Shown: positions 1-9,414 of the stretch, one piece after another
Numbering within the stretch: the first letter of the stretch is position 1
How the letters are laid out: the number at the start of each line of letters is the position of its first letter
Source: Candidatus Poribacteria bacterium
GTDB taxonomy: Bacteria > Poribacteria > WGA-4E > UBA9662
DNA: 23,969 nucleotides
Assembly: GCA_030748495.1 (NCBI GenBank)
Contig: JASMLX010000102.1
Span: 1 to 23,969, forward strand
Direction: 5' to 3'
Notes under the pieces: model-generated
What the model was told of the DNA's origin: nothing
The model's input: the letters and a program-made list of their open reading frames with translations, nothing else
Database searches by the model: none
Made by a program: the position numbers and the translations under genes

Positions 1-1152
1 TCACGAGAAGAAGAACTCCTTTTACAGGCGGTGCGGAGTCAAAATCTGTTTGGAAAAAGCGGTAAGATGGTCAAAGACTTTGAAAAACAGATAGCAGATT
101 TTTATGGAACCGCTTTTGCCCAGGCTTCAACCAGCGGTACAGCAGCGATCCACACTGCAGTTGGTGTGGTCAACCCGGAACCTGGTGATGAGATCATCAC
201 CGCCCCAATTACCGATCCGGGCAGTGTGATGCCAATACTGATGCAGAATGCGGTTCCTGTTTTTGCTGATGTCGATCCACTAACGTTGAATATGCTGCCA
301 GAGTCGATTGAAGCTAATATTAAAGATAGTACACGTGCTATCATTCTCGTTCACCTGTTTGGACACCCGTGTGATATAGATACGGTAGCCCGTATCGCAC
401 AAAAACACGATCTGATACTAATTGAGGACTGCTGCCAGACCCACGCCACCAGATACAAAGGTCGTTATGCCGGCGCCTTTGGTCAGATGGGCTGTTTTAG
501 CCTGCAACAGTCCAAACATATGACTACGGGTGATGGCGGATTTATTATCGCTAATGATGAGGAGACCTATATTCGACTCAAACTTTTTTCCGACAAAGGT
601 TGGGACTATCAGTATATGGGTGATCGGAATCACGCTTTCTTAGCCCCTAATTATCGGATGACTGAATTACAAGGTGCTGTCGGTCTTGCACAGTTGGAAA
701 AGGTTAGGTCAGTGGTAGAGCGTCGGGTAGAACTCGGCCGACGCTTAACCGATCAGATCTCCTCAGCAGCCGGGATTACAACTGTTCCTTTACCGGAAGA
801 TCGGGAGGTCTCTTGGTGGAACTACATCTTCCATGTTACGGGGCACCAACCCGAGGCGTTTTGTCAAGCAGTGAAGGCAGAAGGGATTTCCGTTTCCCCC
901 CATTATATCAAAGATCCGATTTTTCTGCGGGGCGAATTTCTAACCAAAGGCCAAACCTATGGTAACAGTGGTTTCCCCTTCAACAGTCCTTATGTGTCGA
1001 AAGACTACCATTATGGCCCGGACCTTGTCCCTAATGCGGTTCAAGGATTGGGGACAGTTGCGGTTATGGGGATTCACGAACAGATGAACGAGGGAGATAT
1101 CGACGACATGGCTACAGCTATTAACAAGGTTGCAAGTGCGCTATCCAAATAG
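1..1152 (+). CDS. DegT/DnrJ/EryC1/StrS-family PLP-dependent aminotransferase (5' end truncated by window edge)
   Basis: The reading frame is open from nt 1 (REEELLQAVRSQNLFGKSGKMVKDFEKQIADFYG...), so the real start lies upstream of the window. The family-typical N-terminal block is present (G..V.EFE..IA.F.G...A.A..SGTAAIHTAV). A Gly/Thr-rich PLP-fold region follows (FSLQQSKHMTTGDGGFI). The stop codon is at 1150-1152. Confidence 0.85.
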   Translation, partial: SREEELLLQAVRSQNLFGKSGKMVKDFEKQIADFYGTAFAQASTSGTAAIHTAVGVVNPEPGDEIITAPITDPGSVMPILMQNAVPVFADVDPLTLNMLPESIEANIKDSTRAIILVHLFGHPCDIDTVARIAQKHDLILIEDCCQTHATRYKGRYAGAFGQMGCFSLQQSKHMTTGDGGFIIANDEETYIRLKLFSDKGWDYQYMGDRNHAFLAPNYRMTELQGAVGLAQLEKVRSVVERRVELGRRLTDQISSAAGITTVPLPEDREVSWWNYIFHVTGHQPEAFCQAVKAEGISVSPHYIKDPIFLRGEFLTKGQTYGNSGFPFNSPYVSKDYHYGPDLVPNAVQGLGTVAVMGIHEQMNEGDIDDMATAINKVASALSK

Positions 1153-1197
1153 AGTCATTCTCGTCGTCCGCTCTAAACCAGATAACGATTTAATCGG

Positions 1198-2607
1198 ATG
1201 AAATCCGAGTTGTCCGACGCCCAAAAATTGGCCTTGCAGCAAATCCCTTCGCTGGAGCAGCTGCTGGCGAGCGAAGCACTGGCTGATCTACTGGACCGAT
1301 ACGACCGAAATTTCGTGCTTAAGGCGCTTCGTCGAGTCGTTGCAAATGTCAGACGGCAGATCTTAGCCGGTAACACGGATCTGCTGGGTGCTAATGACTA
1401 CGGCACACAGGTTGAACTCGAACTAAAAGCACGGATGCGATCAGTGGTCAATGCGACGGGAACGATCACCCACACGAACCTGGGTCGATCACTCCTTTCT
1501 GCGTCTGTCTGCAGAAATCTCCAGCGGGTTGCGACACAATATGTGGATCTGGAATACGATCTAGAATCAGGCGAAAGGGGACACCGGGATCGAATCACTG
1601 AGCCCTTCTTGCAATTACTAACGGGTTGTGAAGCCTCAACTGTAGTTAATAACAATGCTGCTGCCGTTTTGCTGGTGTTGTCCACACTAGCGCCAGCAAA
1701 AGAGGTAATCATTTCGCGTGGCGAATTAATCGAGATCGGGGGGTCGTTTCGGATACCGGAAGTAATGGCCGCTAGTGGTGCAATCCTGCGAGAGGTAGGA
1801 ACCACCAACCGAACACATCTCGACGACTACCGGAACGCCATCAACGAAAATACAGGATTACTATTAAAAGTACACCCTAGCAACTACGCAGTGATCGGCT
1901 TTCACTCGATGCCACCTATAGAACAATTGGTTGAATTAGGACGACAACATCAGATTCCCGTCTTCGAAGACCTAGGGAGTGGATCGCTGATTGATCTGTC
2001 AGAATTTGGATTGCCGGCCGAACCTGTAGTCAAAGAACGGTTACAAATGGGCATTGATATTGTTACCTTTAGCGGCGATAAACTGTTAGGTGGCCCCCAA
2101 GCCGGTATCATTGCCGGAAAGGATGGGCTGATCCAGAAAATACGGCAGCATCCATTGATGCGTGCATTACGAGTGGGAAAGTTGACGCTATCGGCTTTAG
2201 AGGCAACGCTTCGTCTTTATCTAAATAGGAAAGACTTGACCGATCAGTTGCCGATGTTATGGCGGTACACCCGACCGTTAGCAGAGATCCAGAACCTGGC
2301 TCAACGTTTGGCGGAAGCATTGTCCCCAATACTAGAGAACTTGGCGACTGTTAAGGTGATTGAATCTACCACCCAGATTGGGAGCGGCTCGTTGCCGATC
2401 GATCGATTGCCGAGTGCGGCGGTTGTCATTCAACCGCAAGGCATCTCCGCCCAGAACATGGCTAAACACTTCAGGCGATCTGGCGTCATTGGGCGGATTC
2501 AGGACGCTCAACTCTGGTTAGATCTCCGCGCTGTCAGGGAAGAGGAGCTATCCCTTGCTATTAACGCAACAAAGGAACTCGTCGTGTATCTTGATCGAAA
2601 TACCTGA
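1198..2607 (+). CDS. selA: L-seryl-tRNA(Sec) selenium transferase (selenocysteine synthase)
   Basis: The 469-aa product has near-identical motif blocks to E. coli SelA: NATGTITHTNLGRS, LEYDLESGERGHRD, VVNNNAAAVLLVL, ISRGELIEIGGSFRIPEVM, VGTTNRTH, LLLKVHPSNY, FSGDKLLGGPQAGII and LWLDLR. It lies 45 nt downstream of the DegT gene on the same strand. Confidence 0.93.
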   Translation: MKSELSDAQKLALQQIPSLEQLLASEALADLLDRYDRNFVLKALRRVVANVRRQILAGNTDLLGANDYGTQVELELKARMRSVVNATGTITHTNLGRSLLSASVCRNLQRVATQYVDLEYDLESGERGHRDRITEPFLQLLTGCEASTVVNNNAAAVLLVLSTLAPAKEVIISRGELIEIGGSFRIPEVMAASGAILREVGTTNRTHLDDYRNAINENTGLLLKVHPSNYAVIGFHSMPPIEQLVELGRQHQIPVFEDLGSGSLIDLSEFGLPAEPVVKERLQMGIDIVTFSGDKLLGGPQAGIIAGKDGLIQKIRQHPLMRALRVGKLTLSALEATLRLYLNRKDLTDQLPMLWRYTRPLAEIQNLAQRLAEALSPILENLATVKVIESTTQIGSGSLPIDRLPSAAVVIQPQGISAQNMAKHFRRSGVIGRIQDAQLWLDLRAVREEELSLAINATKELVVYLDRNT

Positions 2608-2613
2608 GACCAA

Positions 2614-3699
2614 TTAAACGATTTCCAACATCCGGCCTAGGGCAACCTTAGCCCAGTGAGCGATCTCCGGTTCGACGGTGATTTGGTTTACGACCTCATC
2701 GTCCAGCAGGTTTTCCAGTGTCCAAAGCAGGTGAGGGGTGTCAATGCGGTTCATAGTAGTACAGAGGCACATGTTGGGATCAATTGAGGTAATCCACTTA
2801 TCTGGATGTTCCTGTGCCAACCGATTGACTAGGTGCATCTCAGTGCCAATTGCCCATTTAGAGCCAGCCGGGGCCTCTTCAATGGTCTTGAGGATAAAGG
2901 CGGTGGATCCATTCAGATCAGATTTTTGCACCACTTCGTATCGACATTCCGGATGAACCAGAATCTTGACGTCTGGTACCTCTTGACGGAGGCGATCAAT
3001 CTGCTTAGGAGTAAACAGTTGGTGGATTGGGCAGTTACCTTGCCATAGAATCAGTTTAGCCCTTTCTACGGCTTCCTCCGTATTACCGCCCATGTCCTCA
3101 CTCGGATTCCACAGAATCATCTCGTTTAGGTTAATCCCGCGCGCTACACCGGTGTTGCGTCCCAGGTGCTCATCTGGGAAAAAAAGTAGCTTGTCTTTTT
3201 TAGCAAACGCCCAATCCATGACGGCTAAAGCATTGGAAGAGGTGCAAACAGCTCCTTCGTTTTCACCACAGAAGGCTTTCAGGTCTGCGGCCGAGTTCAT
3301 GTAGGTAATTGGAATTGTACTGTCACCGCAAACATCGGTCAGTTGTTCCCAACACTCTTCAACCAAATCCAGGTCAGCCATATCAGCCATGTGACAACCG
3401 GCATTTAGATCTGGCAGAGAAACTTTTTGGTGGTCAGCACTCAATATATCAGCACTCTCAGCCATGAAATGGACACCACAAAAAACGATGTAATCTGCAC
3501 CTGAACGGCTGGCGGCCAATTGAGATAACTTGAAAGAATCACCACGATAGTCAGCGAACTGGATCACTTCATCTCGCTGATAGTGATGACCTAAGATAAC
3601 GACCCGATCCGCTAGCTCTTCTTTCATCAAGGCGATCCGTTCGTCCAGTTCGTATTGTGTTAACTTGTAATATTTGTCAGGAATTGGTTGCGAGTACAT
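2614..3699 (-). CDS. nadA: quinolinate synthase NadA (long, B. subtilis-type)
   Basis: The 361-aa product shows NadA motifs (ILGHHYQRDEVIQFAD, VFCGVHFMAESADIL, NAGCHMADMAD, AVCTSSNA, ILVHPEC, MCLCTTM; Fe-S cysteines present). An SD-like GGAGA lies about 10 nt upstream of the ATG. The gene is convergent with selA, with only 6 nt between the two stop codons. Confidence 0.9.
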   Translation of the reverse strand: MYSQPIPDKYYKLTQYELDERIALMKEELADRVVILGHHYQRDEVIQFADYRGDSFKLSQLAASRSGADYIVFCGVHFMAESADILSADHQKVSLPDLNAGCHMADMADLDLVEECWEQLTDVCGDSTIPITYMNSAADLKAFCGENEGAVCTSSNALAVMDWAFAKKDKLLFFPDEHLGRNTGVARGINLNEMILWNPSEDMGGNTEEAVERAKLILWQGNCPIHQLFTPKQIDRLRQEVPDVKILVHPECRYEVVQKSDLNGSTAFILKTIEEAPAGSKWAIGTEMHLVNRLAQEHPDKWITSIDPNMCLCTTMNRIDTPHLLWTLENLLDDEVVNQITVEPEIAHWAKVALGRMLEIV

Positions 3700-3870
3700 A
3701 CGGTGTTAATCTCCAATTGATATAAGGCTACAATCTGTATGCATTTGCTACTTGTAAAATGGAAGCGATTCTAACTTTAGAAATGCAACCTTGTCAAGGC
3801 TGATTTTTGTTTCATTCGCATTAACTTTTCTGTCACGATTTAATCAGTTTTGTCCGACAGTATACTGCCT

Positions 3871-3899
3871 TTGATTTTTGGTCAAAGGTCTGATATACT
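3871..3899 (+). promoter_or_regulatory. candidate sigma70-type promoter (TTGATT-N17-TATACT) for the 3942/3960 gene
   Basis: Hexamers TTGATT (3871-3876) and TATACT (3894-3899) are separated by a 17-nt spacer. An overlapping inverted repeat CCTTTGA-N7-TCAAAGG sits at about 3868-3890. This is sequence pattern only. Confidence 0.35.
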
Positions 3900-3941
3900 C
3901 GACCTGCCAGACATCCGATAGTACTATTAACCCGACCGTCA

Positions 3942-4361
3942 ATGGCAGGAGAAACCGATATGTCAGAATCTAACCCCTTACCAGCCGATAACGATGTCTC
4001 TGTTGAAGCGACTCAAGGTTCGGACTCAGCCAATTTGAATACGATTGAGGCTGAAAGTGTAACTATCATCAATGCAGCTCAGGTTCAGTCTATCGATATT
4101 GCAACCCGGTTCCGTCGACTGGCGACTGTCGATGGCTGGGTACTTACCCTGCTCCAACCCAGCAGAGTAATTGTCAACCTATCGACCAGTATGCGAAAAA
4201 TTGAGATGCCGCTGGCTGAAGGCGACCAGGTGATCAAGGAACGGGAAGATTTATTAATTCTCCGGAAACATCCAGCCGACCGGTATAAGACCCATCGTGC
4301 CGCCTCATCCTTAGCCAAAAGCCGAGAGGATCTCCTAGGAGCAACTAGCGAAGAGGTCTAA
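3942..4361 (+). CDS. hypothetical protein (alternative start 3960 with better RBS)
   Basis: ORF of 139 aa. The ATG at 3960 is preceded by GGAGA with 7-nt spacing, so the true product may be 133 aa. The acidic Ser/Asp-rich N-terminus is followed by RFRRL....(20 aa)....NLSTSM, which loosely resembles the PilZ RxxxR / D-x-S-x-x-G pair but lacks the Gly. Function unknown. Confidence 0.45.
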   Translation: MAGETDMSESNPLPADNDVSVEATQGSDSANLNTIEAESVTIINAAQVQSIDIATRFRRLATVDGWVLTLLQPSRVIVNLSTSMRKIEMPLAEGDQVIKEREDLLILRKHPADRYKTHRAASSLAKSREDLLGATSEEV

Positions 4362-5300
4362 TATGATTTATCGAACGAGACCAGTGTAAAAACTATCAAG
4401 ATATAATTGAACGGGTGTAGCAAAGGAAGGGTAAGTAGTGCAGTCGCCTAAAGAGGGTATAAGTGTAAAAGAGACCAACCTGAGGTAGGGGAACCAAATA
4501 AGAACCTCAGATTTAAACCACTATGCCAAGCTAATGGCGACTCTATTTGACTAATCAGCCCAAAAGAGGCTAAGGGGCTTGTGCTATCGTAGTCTGTCCA
4601 TCTGCGAATTGTGAGCTCAAAGAGGTGCATAAAGTTTTCACGGGGGTGTTCAGGTAGCCAGTAAATATACCCCTAATACAAAAGAATTAGTCTGAGACGC
4701 CGATAGTTCTAAAATTAGGAGATAACAATTCTTTCAGATCTGGCTGTCATTTTGGGATTGCTAATTAAAATCCAACATTCCGCTGTAGGCCCTGTAGACT
4801 CTCACCGTTGGAATTTACAAAAACTCCACTACTAAGTCAACAAGAACTTTTACTTTTTCAACAATTTCTCCTTTTTGAGGTGAACTTCACCTTAGGCTTT
4901 CTCCCATTTGCTGTCACCTTCCCAGTTCTAATAACACCTTTGCTACAGAGTTTTCCGTCACATTGACCAGGGCGTGCAGTAAAGTCATAAACTTCAGGAC
5001 ATGCCCCCAGATATTGCCAGCACTACCTTTGTAGACAACGCTTTACCTTAAAGCTCCCTTTAATGCCAGGAAACGATCTTCTATCTTTGTTCGAAAGGGA
5101 TGAGTCAGTTTAAATAGTAGCTGCACTGTAGCTTGTCCCAATCTATCTGAATGAGGCTCTTCCGTTTGACACAGTAGATCCTGCCAATCTTAAAATTCGG
5201 ACTACACTTGGCTTTCTTATCGACCCGGCCTTCGACAAGAGAGCAAATCCCTGTCAGGTTGTGGTGAGTAGGAATAGAAAACACAAAGAGGTGATTAAGC

Positions 5301-6101
5301 TTAGTAGCCTAAACTTTGCATATACTCCCGCATCTGCCGACTATATTGAACTTCGCTCATTACATCTTCTTGACCTGGGATCGGTTGCCCCGGGCAACAG
5401 GTGACCCATCGATCGAACCCAATTGTTTCCAACGTCTTCATGACTGCGGGAAAGTCAACGCTCTCCGAGAGACCAACGCTTACCCAAGCCGGTTGGTGTT
5501 TGCCGTCTGCGTCAATTGAGGTCGAAGAATAGTCTTGCAGATGGATGTAATTGAGTTGAGATTGAAAGTCCTGGATCGAATCCACCGGGTCGTATCCCCA
5601 AAGTTGGGAGTGAGAAACGTCGATGCAAAGCTTGGTTTTATCCAGCCGGCTCATGTAGAGTTGCCAATCTTGGATTGAATCTACCAAGCAGTTGGTATGA
5701 ATGTGATAACTGACTTCCAGGTTGAACTGAGCCGCATATTCGGCCCAAGATTCCGCCGCTGCTGCCGAGGCTATAACATCGTCTTCGGTCACAGTGTCCG
5801 GTCGGCCACGATTCATAAACATAAAGCAGTCGGCCTCCAGTTCAGCCGCATACTCCATTCGCCGCTTGTTCCGTTCTACATTCTCCCAACTGAGGTCTTC
5901 GGGCGTTCCGTTCGCTGCCAGAATAGCCACCGGCATCTCGGCGTTGTCGCAGATTTGGCGTAAACGACGTGGGGCACCCAACCAATCCAAGGATAATCGG
6001 CACTCCCAACCGTCCCAGCCGATCTTCTTCAGTTCCGCCAGGGCAGGTTCCAACTCCGGGTTTCGCCATCTTAAAGCGCAATATCCAATCTTAACTGCCA
6101 T
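5301..6101 (-). CDS. sugar phosphate isomerase/epimerase, xylose-isomerase-like TIM barrel (AP endonuclease 2 fold)
   Basis: The 266-aa product has no TM segments and carries acidic/His metal-site-like residues in the pattern typical of this fold (EADCFMF, SYHIHTN, CIDVSHSQLWGYDP, IHLQD). GGAG lies 7 nt upstream of the ATG. Confidence 0.75.
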   Translation of the reverse strand: MAVKIGYCALRWRNPELEPALAELKKIGWDGWECRLSLDWLGAPRRLRQICDNAEMPVAILAANGTPEDLSWENVERNKRRMEYAAELEADCFMFMNRGRPDTVTEDDVIASAAAAESWAEYAAQFNLEVSYHIHTNCLVDSIQDWQLYMSRLDKTKLCIDVSHSQLWGYDPVDSIQDFQSQLNYIHLQDYSSTSIDADGKHQPAWVSVGLSESVDFPAVMKTLETIGFDRWVTCCPGQPIPGQEDVMSEVQYSRQMREYMQSLGY

Positions 6102-6280
6102 CTTTCGACTCCATAATTCATAGATCCGTTTTCAACGATTAGGGCTGTTAGCCAACGATAGATTCATTTTACCGAATTGGCTTGTGATAGACAAATTTTA
6201 TTTTAGCCATCCGAACTCGGTAGGGGTAACGGTTAAATCAGCAATAATTAACACCAATGAGTTCAGCCTATAACCGTCAA

Positions 6281-8218
6281 TTACGGTGACCAGAGGACGT
6301 AGGTCGGTATATCGAAAATAGTTCCCAGCAAAGACCAGAGGCTAACAAACACGTAATCGCCCATCACCAAGCCAAGGAAAAAGGGAGCCGCTTGCTGGTA
6401 AGTTTTAAGCCCAAAGAATTTGAGAAGGCTGAATTTAACTAGCCAACCGAGAAAAACTGAGAACCAGAAATCGGCCAACCCGCCCCAGGTGGCCGCCGTC
6501 ATGACATAACCGATGGGGTGGAACGGCCACCATATGAAGCGTAACCGGAGTGCGTATAAGATCGAGGTCAAAATTGCCCCAATGCCCATCGACTGTGTGC
6601 CGGCTAAATTGATGCCCGTTGGGTTATTGATCCAGCGTTCCAGCCGGCGACTGAAGACCTCTCGTCCAATTCCGACGATGTAGCCGTGTACCGATAAAGC
6701 CCCATACTTATACATCAGATGTAGGAAAGCCCAGAAAGAGGCAATAGCCCCGATGATAGTAGCCAGCATCATTACCCAGATCAGGTGACGGCTGTTAATA
6801 TGGGTGCGCTCAGCGATCTTGAAAGCTTCCAACTGGTTCGGCATTGGATGAGAAACGTTAAGCCGGTTCAACCAGTAGTAGAAGGAGATAATGGTCAGGT
6901 TATTAGTACCGACCAGTCTCGGACCGAAGGTGACCGATAATAGACGAGCAGGATCGAGGGCTAAAATCTCGTGGGAAGGGGGACCAAACTCGGCCCGAAC
7001 ACGTGTTACTCCAACGGCCATAACAAGGAAGATCACGAAAAAGCCGACGATCCCCCAGACCGACATCCCCGCTTGTAGAGAAAAAATCGTCAGTCCCAGC
7101 AGCCCTAAAATCAAGCCGGAAACAGCGGTTCGGTAGCGCATCGGTTCCTGTGAATCGTCGCTCTCGGCACTGCTATCGGCAAACTTTCGCCAGACGGCCA
7201 GCAGATGTTTTCGCGTTCCCCAGATACCGAGTGCCCCAACTGCTAGCCAAGCGCCACCTGCTCGTTCTGCCATATAAAGTTCACCAACGCCCATCATACC
7301 GGTGCGGATAATCCGCTCAGTTTTGCCAAACAGGAAGAAGAACCAGGCCGACATCGAAATATCGAGCGGAACAAAAAAGGTCAGGCCGATAATGAAAGGA
7401 TAGGCTGATAGGCTAATCCAGCCGACCGCGTTCCAAGGTTTTTCGCTAAACCAGTGTGAAATCGAGTAGTGGTTGAGATGAACGGCTGGGATTTGGGGAA
7501 ACAGGTAGTTTAGACCGGCTAAGATCTCCAATAGTCCCGCAATGCTGAAACCTATCCACATCAGCCCACTTTTGTAGAATCTCTGTTGTCCGGCCACCAT
7601 CTGAACCGGCAGTTGGACAATCGGATAGGCCAGTTTCTCCTGCTCTGTCCACTTGGCACGAATTATCGCGTTGAAGCAGATCATCACAAACCAGAGCAGT
7701 GCGATAAACCCGGTCCAGGTTAGAACCGGAACCAGCCAACCTCCCAGGTGTTTAGGCAGATAGAGCGTGGAGTCGCCAGTAAAATAGGCGTCGAGGACCT
7801 CTAGTTTAGGAACGAACCAGTCGGGAATATAGTGCCAAAAAAGCTCTGACCATTCGTTTTCTGCTGTAGCAAAGCGGAAAGGGTAAGCCAGAGTTCCAAT
7901 TAGAAAGGTCATCATGGTGTGTCCACCAAAGGTCGAGACCATCACTACCATGATATAGGCCACCAGCATCTCTTGAGCTGTCAACGCGCTTCGGGCCGCA
8001 AACCGCTTCAAGGGTAGGTTAACTACAATTAGAAAAAAGAGGCTAAAAACAGCGTTAAAGAAGAGAGAAACGAAGTTGAGCAGGAACTGAGGACGGATCA
8101 GTTCAGCCGCATAAGCTAACCAGTAAGCGTTCCAGATACAGAGCAGTGTACCGATCAGCAATGATCTAAAAGTAATGCCTAGCTCTCTCAGGGCTCTCTT
8201 TTGGCTTTCGATCGGCAT
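6281..8218 (-). CDS. large polytopic integral membrane protein (~14 predicted TM helices), function unknown
   Basis: The 645-aa ORF is made of long hydrophobic stretches throughout, for example LLIGTLLCIWNAYWLAYAA, FLLNFVSLFFNAVFSLFFLIVVNL and IGYVMTAATWGGLADFWFSVFLGWLV. It has no match to transporter signatures I can recognise (no MFS, ABC or GT-C DD motif). It lies 94 nt downstream of the LamG gene on the same strand. Confidence 0.7.
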   Translation of the reverse strand: MPIESQKRALRELGITFRSLLIGTLLCIWNAYWLAYAAELIRPQFLLNFVSLFFNAVFSLFFLIVVNLPLKRFAARSALTAQEMLVAYIMVVMVSTFGGHTMMTFLIGTLAYPFRFATAENEWSELFWHYIPDWFVPKLEVLDAYFTGDSTLYLPKHLGGWLVPVLTWTGFIALLWFVMICFNAIIRAKWTEQEKLAYPIVQLPVQMVAGQQRFYKSGLMWIGFSIAGLLEILAGLNYLFPQIPAVHLNHYSISHWFSEKPWNAVGWISLSAYPFIIGLTFFVPLDISMSAWFFFLFGKTERIIRTGMMGVGELYMAERAGGAWLAVGALGIWGTRKHLLAVWRKFADSSAESDDSQEPMRYRTAVSGLILGLLGLTIFSLQAGMSVWGIVGFFVIFLVMAVGVTRVRAEFGPPSHEILALDPARLLSVTFGPRLVGTNNLTIISFYYWLNRLNVSHPMPNQLEAFKIAERTHINSRHLIWVMMLATIIGAIASFWAFLHLMYKYGALSVHGYIVGIGREVFSRRLERWINNPTGINLAGTQSMGIGAILTSILYALRLRFIWWPFHPIGYVMTAATWGGLADFWFSVFLGWLVKFSLLKFFGLKTYQQAAPFFLGLVMGDYVFVSLWSLLGTIFDIPTYVLWSP

Positions 8219-8312
8219 TATTGGCTTAGTATCCGCTGATCGGGTGCTGCTCAGTTAGCAGAAAAACATGTGAATTGAGACTTACATTCACTATTCACAA
8301 ATAACAGTGGGG

Positions 8313-9101
8313 TTATTGGACTTTGAGTTCGCTCCACTTCAACGGCAGTTTATCGTCGGGCTCAACCGACAGCCCACGATCGGAGTTAGCATTTTGCTTG
8401 ACCTCAGCCTCTGTTAGCAGTCGATTATAGACAGCGAACTCATCAATCAGACCTTCATAATAGCCAAATTCACCATCGCAGCGACCATCTTGCCCCATAT
8501 TAACTCGCTGTTTAAAACCGTCTTCTGGGAACTGGTTGACGGCCATCTGTCCGTTACCAGTAGCGTCTCCATCTACGTAATACTGGATATTACCCGCTTT
8601 ACCTTCCACTGTCACGGCTACGTGATGCCACTTATCATCGGCTACCTGAGCTTTGGCATCCTTGGCGTTGCCCACCCACCCGACATCGAAGGATAAAACG
8701 TTATCTACAATCCACCAGGTCTTCGGCCCTTTGTCGTCACCGCCAGGAACTCCCGTTTTGGCAAACAGGACACCGGCAACTTTGGCTCCAGTCTTGATCC
8801 AACACATCCAAGCAAAGTCTTGGCTAAAGTCGAGTTCTTTGGCCCCATCGAACTGGACGAAATTAGCTTTATCGGCATCGAAAGCTAGAGCTTCACCGAT
8901 TTTACCTTTAACCGATTTCAATGCCCCTTGAATGTTACCGTTATGTTTGCCGAAGCCGTCGACCACTTTCTTGCCTTGCATTTTACCGGAATCAAAGCTC
9001 CAGTAACTGATCAGATCTTTTTCTACGATTTCTGTGAACCCATCAGGAACACGATCATTTTTCTCATCAAATGTTATCAGCGTAATACTTAAACCGTCCA
9101 T
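8313..9101 (-). CDS. LamG (laminin-G_3 / concanavalin A-like lectin/glucanase) domain protein, no signal peptide
   Basis: LamG_3 hallmarks are present: LISYWSFDSG, GALKSVKGKIGEALAFDADKANFVQF, FAWMCWIKT, KWHHVAVTV, QYYVDGD and IDEFAVYNRLLTEAEV. The in-frame upstream sequence runs to a stop (TAA at 9141-9143) with no ATG/GTG/TTG. The protein therefore begins MDGLSITLITFDEK and lacks a Sec signal. Confidence 0.8.
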   Translation of the reverse strand: MDGLSITLITFDEKNDRVPDGFTEIVEKDLISYWSFDSGKMQGKKVVDGFGKHNGNIQGALKSVKGKIGEALAFDADKANFVQFDGAKELDFSQDFAWMCWIKTGAKVAGVLFAKTGVPGGDDKGPKTWWIVDNVLSFDVGWVGNAKDAKAQVADDKWHHVAVTVEGKAGNIQYYVDGDATGNGQMAVNQFPEDGFKQRVNMGQDGRCDGEFGYYEGLIDEFAVYNRLLTEAEVKQNANSDRGLSVEPDDKLPLKWSELKVQ

Positions 9102-9414
9102 AAAACAGGACGGTCTATACGTTGCCTCCCTAGTTTGACTTTAGTTATAGTTAAAAGGGTTAAAAGCCATGTTTACCCTTTTGCAGAACATAAACGATGT
9201 CCATTACTTTTTAGTGTAACAGATCTCTTGCACAAGTCAAGGTAAGCATCTAACACAAAAATGCACATACCCCTTGTCCCGCTACCGCTAGTTCCCACAT
9301 ATTTCTCTCGCCTAAGGGACTGGCACTTCGTTTAGGGTCGCGTTACCCATTCGTCAGGAGTAATCAAGGCTTTAGAATTTTAGAGCGTTGGGCAACTGAA
9401 CAAGAACAGAATGT

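Noticed and set aside
102-344. 80-aa minus-strand ORF inside the DegT gene. Similar antisense ORFs occur at 418-633, 1398-1808, 2108-2329, 2738-3304, 5316-6123, 6891-7136, 7446-7739, 8490-8931, 11189-12096, 14083-14751 and 19073-19324.
   Set aside because: Each lies entirely within, and antisense or out of frame to, a strongly supported conserved gene. They have no RBS and a biased low-complexity composition, which is typical of shadow ORFs.
4362-5300. Considered tRNA-Sec (selC), another tRNA or a TGA-containing selenoprotein gene in the long ORF-free interval, given selA nearby.
   Set aside because: There is no T-loop (GTTCRANTCC) or acceptor/anticodon arrangement, and no pair of collinear ORF halves separated by a single TGA.
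9305-9325. TGGCAC at 9308-9313 considered as a second sigma54 promoter.
   Set aside because: The -12 element is TTAGG rather than TTGC, and GG-N10-GC spacing is not satisfied.
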